DNA of 18,908 nucleotides from Capsulimonadales bacterium. Its GTDB lineage: Bacteria > Armatimonadota > Armatimonadia > Armatimonadales > Armatimonadaceae. Location: positions 1 through 18,908 of the forward strand of contig JANRLW010000019.1 of NCBI GenBank assembly GCA_033762295.1. Reading direction: 5' to 3'. Positions 7,468-15,859 of this stretch are shown here, one piece after another; the first letter of the stretch is position 1, and every line of letters starts with the position of its first letter. The translations under genes were made by a program, and so were the position numbers. The notes under the pieces are model-generated. The model had not been told where the DNA came from. It was given only the letters and a program-made list of their open reading frames with translations, and did not search any database.

Positions 7468-9150
7468 ATGCCCGACATTACGAACGTCAACCTCACCTTC
7501 CAGCGGAAAGTACGCGGTCTTGCCCCGCTTTCTCGTTTCGCCGTTCGGGACGACGGCTCCCTCGCGGTGTCCGTTCCCGACGAAATGGAAGTCCGCACTT
7601 TCCACATCGTCCGGTTCGATGCGCGCGGACGCTCCCAGGTTCTGGAAACCTACAACGTCGAAACGCTGCGTAAGACCGAGATCGGGAAAGACGGAAAAAA
7701 CTTCGTCGGGTCCAGCGACGATCACTGCTACCTGTTTCGTGAGGGCCGCAAGAGCCGGTTCATGACGGATCGGCGCGCGTCCTACACCGATATTGCGCTT
7801 GCGGAGGAAGGCCAGCGGTTCGTCGTCGCCTTTTCCGACCTGCTGGCCTCCGGTCATGCCCTGGCGCTGGGCGACGTCGGCGGACGCCTTCTCTGGACCA
7901 AGGATATGCCGTTTCCGGTGCGACGTGTCGCGGTCGACCGGGGGATGAACCATATCGCAATCGTCGGCGAGACGGGCGATCTTCTGATCCTCGACCCGTC
8001 GCGCAATACCGTCCTCAAACATCGGCAGGAGATGGCGCTCACCGCTGTTGCGACCAACGGGCCCGGTCGCACGATGTTCGCCGGCGGCGGCGGAGTCGGC
8101 CTGATCGATGCGGACGGGCAGCTGCTCTGGTTCACCGAGGTGCCCGGAGAGCCGGTCGATGTCGGCCTCGACGCTCAGGGGCAGACGATCGCCGTACTGC
8201 TCCGTACGGACGACGCCTCCGGCCGCCTGATTCTTTTTTCCGAAGGCGGACTTCCGATCTGGGACATCGACTTTGACGAAGCGCGTCCGACCGGGCTTTC
8301 CGTTTCGGCAGACGGCGGACACCTGGCGGTCTCCCTGCGCGATGGCACGGCGATCGTCTATGAACTCCAGTACGGGGAACGGTTCGCCGCTCTGGACAGC
8401 GCCCAGGTGATGCAGGAGGCGCAATCCGCTCGCGAGTCCGGAAACTGGCATGGGGCGGTTCTGGTCCTGAAAGAGCGGTTATCCGCCGTTCCGACCGATA
8501 CCGCCGTTTGCGGTTTACTGGCGGAAACGTTCGGCGCGTTCCGTTCCTTCGCCCTGGCCGCCGCCGCGAACGCCGAAGCGGTCGGCGACTTCGCGGAAGC
8601 GGATGGTCGGCTGGCCGATATGCTGGCTGCCGACCCGACCGACCTGGAGATCGTCCGCTGTCGCCGCGAACTGCGCCATCGCTGGTCGACCGCCGCGCTG
8701 ACCGCCGGGCGGGAGGCCGCCGCCGAGGAGAACAATAGCGTCGCCGAGGCCCGTTTCCTGGATGCGATCGCCGCCGATCCCCTCAATACCGAAGCGCGGG
8801 AGGCTCTGGCCGCCATCCGACAGACCGCCGCGACCGCCGCCATTGTAAAGGGCACGTCCCTCCTGCGTATGGGCCAGTTTTCCGAAGCGATCGCCGCCCT
8901 GACCGAAGCGCAACGTCGAGGCGCGCACGGCTCCGAGGTGACGGGACTGCTGCGCGATGCCCGCGTCGGCGAAGCCCTCGTCGCCGGAAACGCCCTGTAT
9001 CAGGACCGGCAGTACGCCGCCGCACTATTCCAGTTCAAAAAGGTGCTGCGACTTGACCCGGACAATGCCGAAGCGCGCCAGAAGGTCAGCTACGCACAGA
9101 ACTTCCTGCAGGACAACCAGTTGAACGAACGGTTCTCGCGCCTGGAATAA
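7468..9150 (+). CDS. Hypothetical protein: N-terminal WD40/PQQ-like beta-propeller plus C-terminal TPR repeats (560 aa)
   Basis: Repeated beta-blade motifs (GRLLWTKD, GQLLWFTE, GLPIWDID, LSVSADGGHLAV) over the first ~300 aa, then TPR helices (AIAADPLNTEAREAL, FKKVLRLDPDNAEARQKV). No signal peptide. GGAG at 7457-7460. Confidence 0.8.
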   Translation: MPDITNVNLTFQRKVRGLAPLSRFAVRDDGSLAVSVPDEMEVRTFHIVRFDARGRSQVLETYNVETLRKTEIGKDGKNFVGSSDDHCYLFREGRKSRFMTDRRASYTDIALAEEGQRFVVAFSDLLASGHALALGDVGGRLLWTKDMPFPVRRVAVDRGMNHIAIVGETGDLLILDPSRNTVLKHRQEMALTAVATNGPGRTMFAGGGGVGLIDADGQLLWFTEVPGEPVDVGLDAQGQTIAVLLRTDDASGRLILFSEGGLPIWDIDFDEARPTGLSVSADGGHLAVSLRDGTAIVYELQYGERFAALDSAQVMQEAQSARESGNWHGAVLVLKERLSAVPTDTAVCGLLAETFGAFRSFALAAAANAEAVGDFAEADGRLADMLAADPTDLEIVRCRRELRHRWSTAALTAGREAAAEENNSVAEARFLDAIAADPLNTEAREALAAIRQTAATAAIVKGTSLLRMGQFSEAIAALTEAQRRGAHGSEVTGLLRDARVGEALVAGNALYQDRQYAAALFQFKKVLRLDPDNAEARQKVSYAQNFLQDNQLNERFSRLE

Positions 9151-9161
9151 GCCGCGCACAC

Positions 9162-9190
9162 TTGACCGTCCCGACGGAAGCCCGTATAAT
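9162..9190 (+). promoter_or_regulatory. Near-consensus sigma70 promoter for the M61 peptidase
   Basis: TTGACC (9162-9167), 17 nt, TATAAT (9185-9190). GGAG at 9202-9205 and ATG at 9212. Confidence 0.85.
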
Positions 9191-9211
9191 CGCCGAAAAC
9201 CGGAGTCCCGA

Positions 9212-11176
9212 ATGTCCGCTCTTCTCCGTTTCTCGGCGTCCCTGGCCCTTTTTCTCCTCCTGACCGCGTTTACGGCCGGTCCGGCGACCGCTGACGAACC
9301 GACGATCCGGCTGTTGATCGATGCCCGTTCGCCTGAGCGACAGCGCTTCCCGATCCGCCTCGAGATTCCGGTGAAGCCGGGGAAGGTGGCCCTCGCGTTT
9401 CCCCGATGGCTGCCGGGCACCCACGGTGGCGCCAGCCTCCTCCGGAACGTGGCCGGCCTGACGGTCCGCGCCGGCCAGCAAACCGTCGCCTGGGAACGGG
9501 ACCGGTACGATCCGTTCGTTCTCCGCTGTCATGCCCCGAACCGGTCGGACCGACTTACCGTCACCTTCGAATACCTTCCCGCGAAATCCGACGGAGAGGA
9601 GGTCGCCGTCGGTATCGCGGCCTCGGAAAACGTGGTCATTTTGAACGGCGCCTCCCTCTTCCTTACCCCCGAAGGCGGGCGGATGAGTCGCGTTCGAATC
9701 GCCCCCACCGTGCTTCTCCCGCGGGGCTGGCAGTACGCCACCGCGCTTCCCGCGCAGCAACCGCTCGATGCGATCGGAAAAGTGGAATTTGCGCCGGTCA
9801 GCGCGGAAACGTTCGTTGACTCTCCGATCTTCGCCGGAAAGTACGCCGAGACAGTGCGCCTGGACAAAAACGACGGATCGGAGGTGCCGCACTATCTCTG
9901 CCTTTTTGTCGATGACCCGGCGGTACGGAACCGGGTATTGACTCCGATCTTCCGACAGACCATGCAGCGATTGGTGGCGGAAAGCGGGGCATTGTTCGGC
10001 GCGCGCCACTACCCGGAGTTCCGTTTTCTGCTCGCCGTCACCACGAAACTGCCGGTCTGGGGGTTGGAGCACCACGCGTCAAGCGTCAATTCCCTGCGCC
10101 CGGACGCGTTCGGACCACGCGGAACCCTCGATAACCGGGAGTGGTGGAACCCGAACCTGCTTCCGCACGAATTCGTCCATAGCTGGGTCGGCAAGTATCG
10201 CCGCCCGGAAGGGCTGGTTCAGATGTCCTACGAGACGCCCCCGGCAACGGACCTTCTCTGGGTCTACGAGGGCCTGACCGAGTATCTGGGCGAGTTGCTG
10301 ATGGTCCGAAGCGGATTTCGGGACGCCGAAAAGTGGAAAACGGACTTCTTCCGGCAGACCGTCGACGTTGGACAGGACCGGGGCCGTTTCTGGCAAAGCC
10401 TTCAGGACGCCTCGACGGTCTATCCCTACCTGCACCTGAACGGATCGGGAACGGCATTGAGGCCGAGCAACGCGGTCTACTTTGAGGGACTCCTTCTCTG
10501 GCTCGAAATCGATACGCGCATTCGGACGGGAACCGGCGGTAAAAAATCGCTCGACGACTTCTGCCGACTCTTCTTCGGAGGGACCAACCGGGGTATCGAG
10601 GTTCGGCCCTACCGCCGGGAGGATATTATCGACGCGTTGAACCGGGTCCACGCCGCCAACTGGAAGACATTCCTCGAATCCCGGTTGAACGACCGTGGCA
10701 ACGGCATCCTGACCTCCGGCGCGGAGGCGGCCGGCTGGCAGGTGACGCTCTCGGATGCCGTTCCGGCGGAGCATGTTTCGGCGGCGGAGGTCGATTACCG
10801 CTTCTCCCTCGGGTTTCGCCTGACCGCCGGCGGCGTTCCGTGGGCTATTCGGCCGGATTCCGTCGCCGACCGGGCCGGGATAACGCCGTCGTCCCGCATC
10901 GTCGGTGTCAACGGCAAGCTGTTTTCGCCGTCGGCTTTCCGGGAAGCGGTCCGGGCATCGAAAGGCGTTCCCCCGGTTCCTCCGGAAGTCCTCGTTTTCG
11001 AGGAGGACGCTTATCGGCTCGTTCGTCTACCCTACACCGACGGCGAACGGTTCCCGGTTCCCGTTCGGCTGACGGATCGGCCGGACCTGCTCCCGGCGAT
11101 TCTCGCGCCGCTCACGCCGCCCCCGCCGCTCACGACGCCCCTGGCGCCCCCGGTTCCCTCGCCCCCACCCCGGTGA
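9212..11176 (+). CDS. Secreted M61-family glycyl aminopeptidase (zinc metallopeptidase) with C-terminal PDZ-like domain
   Basis: Signal peptide MSALLRFSASLALFLLLTAFTAGPATA. Motifs PRWLPG, FVDSPI, GLEH, zinc-binding HEFVHSW and downstream LWVYEGLTEY, KSLDDF. PDZ-like SVADRAGITPSSRIVGVNG. Pro-rich tail. Confidence 0.92.
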   Translation: MSALLRFSASLALFLLLTAFTAGPATADEPTIRLLIDARSPERQRFPIRLEIPVKPGKVALAFPRWLPGTHGGASLLRNVAGLTVRAGQQTVAWERDRYDPFVLRCHAPNRSDRLTVTFEYLPAKSDGEEVAVGIAASENVVILNGASLFLTPEGGRMSRVRIAPTVLLPRGWQYATALPAQQPLDAIGKVEFAPVSAETFVDSPIFAGKYAETVRLDKNDGSEVPHYLCLFVDDPAVRNRVLTPIFRQTMQRLVAESGALFGARHYPEFRFLLAVTTKLPVWGLEHHASSVNSLRPDAFGPRGTLDNREWWNPNLLPHEFVHSWVGKYRRPEGLVQMSYETPPATDLLWVYEGLTEYLGELLMVRSGFRDAEKWKTDFFRQTVDVGQDRGRFWQSLQDASTVYPYLHLNGSGTALRPSNAVYFEGLLLWLEIDTRIRTGTGGKKSLDDFCRLFFGGTNRGIEVRPYRREDIIDALNRVHAANWKTFLESRLNDRGNGILTSGAEAAGWQVTLSDAVPAEHVSAAEVDYRFSLGFRLTAGGVPWAIRPDSVADRAGITPSSRIVGVNGKLFSPSAFREAVRASKGVPPVPPEVLVFEEDAYRLVRLPYTDGERFPVPVRLTDRPDLLPAILAPLTPPPPLTTPLAPPVPSPPPR

Positions 11177-11209
11177 TTGCCGGAAATAGCCCCAACGACG
11201 GCTGTCTCT

Positions 11210-11238
11210 TTAACTTCGGGGGCGGTTTGACGTATACT
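11210..11238 (+). promoter_or_regulatory. Putative sigma70 promoter for a leaderless transcript starting at about 11245
   Basis: TTAACT (11210-11215), 17 nt, TATACT (11233-11238) in an AT-richer intergenic patch. A GTG sits 6 nt downstream. Confidence 0.6.
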
Positions 11239-11244
11239 GTTTCC

Positions 11245-11409
11245 GTGACAAAGCGAATTCCCTGGCTGACACCGGCGCGTTCGTACCCCACGATGCGCCA
11301 GATGCTGAAAGGCAAGAATCGAAGCGGACGCCGAAACCGCGCTCCGTGGTACGCCGGTTTTCCCAACCGGGATCACGCCTCCTGGGCACAGACGCTAAGG
11401 CGAAAATAA
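11245..11409 (+). CDS. Putative leaderless 54-aa basic microprotein MTKRIPWLTPARSYPTMRQMLKGKNRSGRRNRAPWYAGFPNRDHASWAQTLRRK
   Basis: GTG at the expected transcription start. Open frame to TAA at 11407-11409, fitting the intergenic gap. About two-thirds of third codon positions are G/C. 14 R/K versus 1 D. It is the 3' end of track ORF 10840..11409. Confidence 0.55.
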   Translation: MTKRIPWLTPARSYPTMRQMLKGKNRSGRRNRAPWYAGFPNRDHASWAQTLRRK

Positions 11410-11503
11410 ATCCGAACGGCGCGGCGCACTCCTTCCGGCGCGTCGGAAATAACGGAAACCTCCGGGCATAAAATTGCTACTTGCAGACAAGGAGAAAAAG
11501 CAA

Positions 11504-11974
11504 ATGCCGGACGTATCCGTTTCCGTCGGGGAAACCCCCGCTTCTACAGGGGAAACCCCCTCAGAGCTACCGCCGTTACCCCCTGCCCTGCGTGCCTTGA
11601 TTGTCGACGATGAAGCCACCACCGTTCTGGTCCTGCGCCGCGCCCTGGAAGACGCCGGGTACGAAGTGGTGGGGCAGGCGAAGGACGGTCGCGAAGGCGT
11701 CGCAGAGGCGATTCGTACCCGCCCGGACCTGATTCTGATGGATTACAGCATGCCCGGCATGGACGGAATCCAGGCGATGCAGGAGATCATGGGGCAGCGC
11801 CCCGTGCCGATCATCATGCTGACGGGCCATAGCGACGAGGAACATATCAACCAGGCGATCGAAGCCGGAGCCAGCACCTACCTCGTGAAGCCGATCAACC
11901 GGGCGCGCCTGTTGCCGGCCATCCGCACCGCGTTCGACGTTTTCACCACCCGGCGTCCCGTGAACCGAACCTGA
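11504..11974 (+). CDS. Single-domain response regulator receiver (PdtaR/AmiR-like REC without output domain), 156 aa
   Basis: AAGGAG at 11489-11494 favours the ATG at 11504. Motifs LIVDDE, phospho-acceptor DLILMDYSMPGMDG, IIMLTG, YLVKP. The protein ends about 20 aa after the KP. Confidence 0.92.
   Translation: MPDVSVSVGETPASTGETPSELPPLPPALRALIVDDEATTVLVLRRALEDAGYEVVGQAKDGREGVAEAIRTRPDLILMDYSMPGMDGIQAMQEIMGQRPVPIIMLTGHSDEEHINQAIEAGASTYLVKPINRARLLPAIRTAFDVFTTRRPVNRT
11528..11560 (+). repeat. Direct repeat GGGGAAACCCCC x2 (21-nt period) in the 5' end of the receiver gene
   Basis: Copies at 11528-11539 and 11549-11560, encoding GETP...GETP. Each copy is self-complementary. Confidence 0.7.
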
Positions 11975-12012
11975 AAGGCGGCTATAAAAGCGGCGTCGGC
12001 GTGGCAACCGAG

Positions 12013-15000
12013 TCAGATTTTTCCGTCCGAAAGGTCACCCAGCGCCGTTTCCAGAAGCGCGTACTCGGTTTCCGCCCTTCGGATCAGGGCGGGCGCGTTT
12101 GTGATCGTGCCGGATTTACCCATCTCCTCCAGTCGGGCGCAGACCTCCGCCAGCCGTCGACCGCCCAGGTTGCCCGCCGCCCCCTTGACGCCATGGGCGG
12201 CCTGCGACAGAAGGGACGGGTTAGCGTCGCGCACCGCCTGACGCATCACCTCCAGCCGCGTGGACACCTCCGTCGCCAGGGTCTTCCGAATCTCGGGCAT
12301 CAGATCGGCCAGCGAGCGCAGGTCCTCGTGAAACGCCGGGTCCAGTACCTCACCCGAAACTTCCGGGACCGGATCGTCGTTTGTCGCCCCCGAAGTCGGT
12401 TCCGAAACGGAGGCTTCCGTCTCCTCGCCGGAACCGGTGGCGCGTCGGGAACGGAGCCATCGACCGCAGCGCTCGAGGGCTGCCCTGAGAGCGTCCGGCT
12501 TCACCGGCTTGGCCAGGTAATCGTCCATACCGGCGGCAAAACACGCCTCCTGATCCTCGTGCATTGCGTTGGCCGTGAGAGCGACGATCCGTGGCCGACG
12601 TCCCGCACGGTACCGATGAACGATCCGCCTCGTCGCTTCCAGACCGTCCATCTCCGGCATCTGGACATCCATCAGAATCACGTCGTACGTCTGCCGCTCC
12701 AACGCGCGAAGCACTTCCAGCCCGTTGGCGGCGATATCCGACCGGTAGCCGAATTTCGACAACAACGCCTGCATGAGTTTCTGGTTCACCGTCAGATCCT
12801 CGGCCATCAGAATCCGTAGCGGGAAACGGGCCGCCATCGACGGATCGTACGGCGAAACCGGAACGCGGGCACGCGCACCACCGGAACGCCCGGATATGGC
12901 GCTCACCAGCACATTGTAGAGATGGGACTGCTTGATCGGTTTTGTCAGCATTTCGGCGAACCCCGCCCCCTCGATCTCCGACGGGCGCGCGCCGACCGAA
13001 CTCAACCCGACCAGCGGCATCGGATGGTCCTTGCAGCAAAGACCGATCTCACGGGCCAGCGCGATGCCGTCCATATCGGGCATCTGTATGTCCAGGATCG
13101 CGATATCGAACCGCTCGCCACGGCGGAGACGTTCCAGAGCCTCGGCGGCGGTCGCACACTCGACCGATTCCATGCCCCAGGTCCGCGTCTGCAGGGTCAG
13201 AATCTGCCGGTTGGTCGCGTTGTCGTCGACGATCAGCAGACACAATCCGTCCAGTCCCGGATGGTCGGTCGGGTCGAAACTGGGTAATCCCATCGGTGAA
13301 ACATCGACCGGCAGCGAAACATGGAACGTCGATCCGACCCCGACCTCGCTTTCCGCCCAGATGCGCCCGCCCATCATATCGCTCAGACGCCGACTGATCG
13401 CCAGACCCAACCCCGTTCCGCCGTAACGCCGCGTCGTGGAGGCGTCCACCTGGCTGAACGAACGGAAGAGCCGATCCATGCGCTCCTGCGGAATGCCGAT
13501 CCCGGTATCTCGAACCGCGATACGGAGTTCGTAACGGTTCGCGGACAGCGGAACGCTGTCCAGATTCACCACCACCTCGCCCCGTTCGGTAAATTTCACC
13601 CCGTTGCTCAGCAGGTTGAGGAGAACCTGCCGGACCCGCGTCACGTCTCCGAGGATGACGTTCGGCGTATCGGGCGACATCACGTATCCCAGTTCGAGTC
13701 CCTTTTCGGCGGCCCGTGTCGCGACCAGGTCGAGTGCGGATTCCACACACTCCCGCAGGTCGAACGGCTGACGCTCGATCTCCAGTTGCCCCGCCTCGAT
13801 TTTGGAGAAATCCAGAATGTCGTTGATAATCGTCAGGAGAGCATCGCCGCTATCGCGAATCACCTGCGCGTACTCGCGCTGTTCCTGGTTCAATTCGGTA
13901 TCGAGCAACAGGCCCGTCATTCCGATCACGGCGTTCATCGGCGTCCGAATCTCATGACTCATCGTCGCCAGGAACTCGCTTTTGGCGACCGCCGCCGCTT
14001 CGGCCGCCTCCTTCGCCGTTCTGAGTTCGGACTCGGCTTCGCGCTGATCGGTGATATCGGTATGGACGCCGACCCATTCGCCGATTTCGCCGGACGGTTC
14101 GAAAATCGGAAGGGCGCGAATGGAGAATCGACGGTACTCTCCGTCAAACCGGCGTACTCGATGCTCAAACACGAACATGCGGCGTTCGGCGACCGCCTTA
14201 TTCCACGCGTCGATGGTCGGCTGCGCATCGTCCGGATGCACCGCCTTCGCCCAGCCGTATTCCTGATATTCCTCCGGCGTTTGACCGGTGAAACCGCCCC
14301 AGCCCGGTTGTTCGCCGAGCATCCGACCGTCGGCGGTGTTGGTCCAGAGAATACCTCCCACTGCACGCACCGCGGTCCGGAACCGGGCTTCGCTGGCCTC
14401 CAGAGCGTTCTGGTACCGTCGCTGCTCGGTCACGTCGGTATTGCTTCCGAACCAGCGGACGACCTGATTCTGCGCGTTGCGGATCGGAAGCGCACGGGAA
14501 AGGAACCAGCGGTACTCACCGTTCGCCCCGCGGAGCGGGAAGGAATCCTCCCAGAACACCCCTTCGCGGATGCACCGGGCGAATTTTTCGCGTACGGCAT
14601 CGACATACTCGGGGTGGTGCACCTTCTGCCACCCCCAGCCCTTCATCTCTTCGAGGGTGGTTCCGGTGAAATCGAACCAGCGCTGGTTGTACCAGAAGAT
14701 GGAACCGTCGCCATCGGCCATCCAGGCAAGCTGGGCGATATTATCGGCCAGGTCACGGAACCGTTCCTCGCTCGAACGAAGCGCGTCTTCCGCCTCTCGC
14801 CGCTGCCTCAGTTCCCGCTGCGCCTCCTCGTAAAGCCGCGCATTGTCCATCGCGACGGCCGTTTGCGCGGCGATGCCCGACAGCATCCGTTCATGCCGTT
14901 CATCGAAACGCCCCGGCCGCGCATGCCCGAAAAACAGGCCGCCGATGACGTTTCCATCACGGGAGACAACCGGGACGGCCAGGTAACTGCGGACGGGAAG

Positions 15001-15693
15001 ATGTCCCTCCGGCATCCCGTAATACGGAGGATTCAATCCATAGCGAGGATCACGGGTAATATCGTCACTCCGGACGATCCCCTCGCCGGCGAACGTCGGC
15101 GCAAAAACGTCGGTGTTGCGTGGCATCGGAAATTGCGCGAACCGTTCTCGCGGAACCCCCGAAATGGTGTAGAGGAGCAACACCTCACCCCGTTCGTCGA
15201 ATCCGTTGTAAAAGAAACTGCCGAACTGCGCTCCGACCAGCGAGGTCGCCTCATCGGTGACCAGTTGAACGAGACGATCGCGATCGAGTTCGGCGGAAAG
15301 TAACGCGCCCACACGGTTCAGCGTCTCATTAAGCCGCATCTCCTCCTGCAGGGCCAATTCCGTCCGTTTCCGCTCGCTGACGTCCTGAGCGTAAATGGCG
15401 AGTCCATCGGGCACCGGGTAGGCACGCACTTCCACCCAGAGGTCGGTGCCGGGAATCTGCGTCACCTCGGTCCGGGGCGTCCGCTCCTCCGCCGCCCGCA
15501 GCAATGCGTCCCGGATCGGCGTTTCGTGAACCTCGGGAAACACCTCCCACAGGGAACGGTTCAGCAGATCCCCGCGCGACCTCCCGACCAGTCGCTCCGC
15601 CGGACCGTTGACGTAGATATACCGCCAATCATGTCCGACGATACTGAACGCGTCGGGTATATGGTCAAAGACATCGGTGAGTTGTTGGGGCAT
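12013..15693 (-). CDS. Cytoplasmic hybrid sensor histidine kinase: PAS-GAF-PAS-PAS-HisKA-HATPase-REC-REC-Hpt (1226 aa)
   Basis: H-box [16 protein letters not shown]-box [14 protein letters not shown]1 DTGIGI, G2 [12 protein letters not shown]1 [19 protein letters not shown]2 [15 protein letters not shown]. Hpt [16 protein letters not shown] with [24 protein letters not shown]_3-type [11 protein letters not shown] and [10 protein letters not shown]. No TM segments. Confidence 0.96.
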   Translation of the reverse strand: MPQQLTDVFDHIPDAFSIVGHDWRYIYVNGPAERLVGRSRGDLLNRSLWEVFPEVHETPIRDALLRAAEERTPRTEVTQIPGTDLWVEVRAYPVPDGLAIYAQDVSERKRTELALQEEMRLNETLNRVGALLSAELDRDRLVQLVTDEATSLVGAQFGSFFYNGFDERGEVLLLYTISGVPRERFAQFPMPRNTDVFAPTFAGEGIVRSDDITRDPRYGLNPPYYGMPEGHLPVRSYLAVPVVSRDGNVIGGLFFGHARPGRFDERHERMLSGIAAQTAVAMDNARLYEEAQRELRQRREAEDALRSSEERFRDLADNIAQLAWMADGDGSIFWYNQRWFDFTGTTLEEMKGWGWQKVHHPEYVDAVREKFARCIREGVFWEDSFPLRGANGEYRWFLSRALPIRNAQNQVVRWFGSNTDVTEQRRYQNALEASEARFRTAVRAVGGILWTNTADGRMLGEQPGWGGFTGQTPEEYQEYGWAKAVHPDDAQPTIDAWNKAVAERRMFVFEHRVRRFDGEYRRFSIRALPIFEPSGEIGEWVGVHTDITDQREAESELRTAKEAAEAAAVAKSEFLATMSHEIRTPMNAVIGMTGLLLDTELNQEQREYAQVIRDSGDALLTIINDILDFSKIEAGQLEIERQPFDLRECVESALDLVATRAAEKGLELGYVMSPDTPNVILGDVTRVRQVLLNLLSNGVKFTERGEVVVNLDSVPLSANRYELRIAVRDTGIGIPQERMDRLFRSFSQVDASTTRRYGGTGLGLAISRRLSDMMGGRIWAESEVGVGSTFHVSLPVDVSPMGLPSFDPTDHPGLDGLCLLIVDDNATNRQILTLQTRTWGMESVECATAAEALERLRRGERFDIAILDIQMPDMDGIALAREIGLCCKDHPMPLVGLSSVGARPSEIEGAGFAEMLTKPIKQSHLYNVLVSAISGRSGGARARVPVSPYDPSMAARFPLRILMAEDLTVNQKLMQALLSKFGYRSDIAANGLEVLRALERQTYDVILMDVQMPEMDGLEATRRIVHRYRAGRRPRIVALTANAMHEDQEACFAAGMDDYLAKPVKPDALRAALERCGRWLRSRRATGSGEETEASVSEPTSGATNDDPVPEVSGEVLDPAFHEDLRSLADLMPEIRKTLATEVSTRLEVMRQAVRDANPSLLSQAAHGVKGAAGNLGGRRLAEVCARLEEMGKSGTITNAPALIRRAETEYALLETALGDLSDGKI

Positions 15694-15809
15694 GGTATCG
15701 GTCCGGCAGGTCAGGTCGTTTCGTCGCCGAACCGTCGTAGCCGGTCCCCGGGGTTACAGGGAACCGGACGGCGGGGTCGCGGTCAACGTCCGCATGAAAA
15801 GTTGACAAC

Positions 15810-15820
15810 ATTCTACCGCA
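15810..15820 (-). promoter_or_regulatory. Putative extended -10 element upstream of the hybrid kinase
   Basis: The minus strand reads TGCGG-TAGAAT in the intergenic region, one mismatch from a TRTG extension. No clear -35. Confidence 0.5.
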
Positions 15821-15859
15821 TTGTTCGACGGACGGAAATCGCCGAACCGGTGCCTTCCG

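Noticed and set aside
10840..11244. 5' part of the 189-aa ORF 10840..11409
   Set aside because: Off-frame overlap with the M61 peptidase and the promoter. Only the segment from the GTG at 11245 is supported.
11301..11365. Possible c-di-GMP-I (GEMM) riboswitch suggested by GAAA, GGCAAG and GGACGC words upstream of a response regulator
   Set aside because: The order and spacing do not fit the GGCAAA-P2(GAAA)-GACGCAAA-P3 consensus, and no tetraloop receptor is correctly placed.
11528..11560. Twin hairpins as an ANTAR-binding motif
   Set aside because: ANTAR targets need hexaloops with G at positions 1 and 4. The possible hexaloop GAAACC lacks G4, and the site is inside the coding region.
13321..15303. 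660-aa plus-strand ORF and other long antisense ORFs (e.g. 7303..8451, 9086..10075, 4870..5685)
   Set aside because: Antisense shadows of well-supported genes, expected in high-GC DNA. No domains, RBS or promoters support them.
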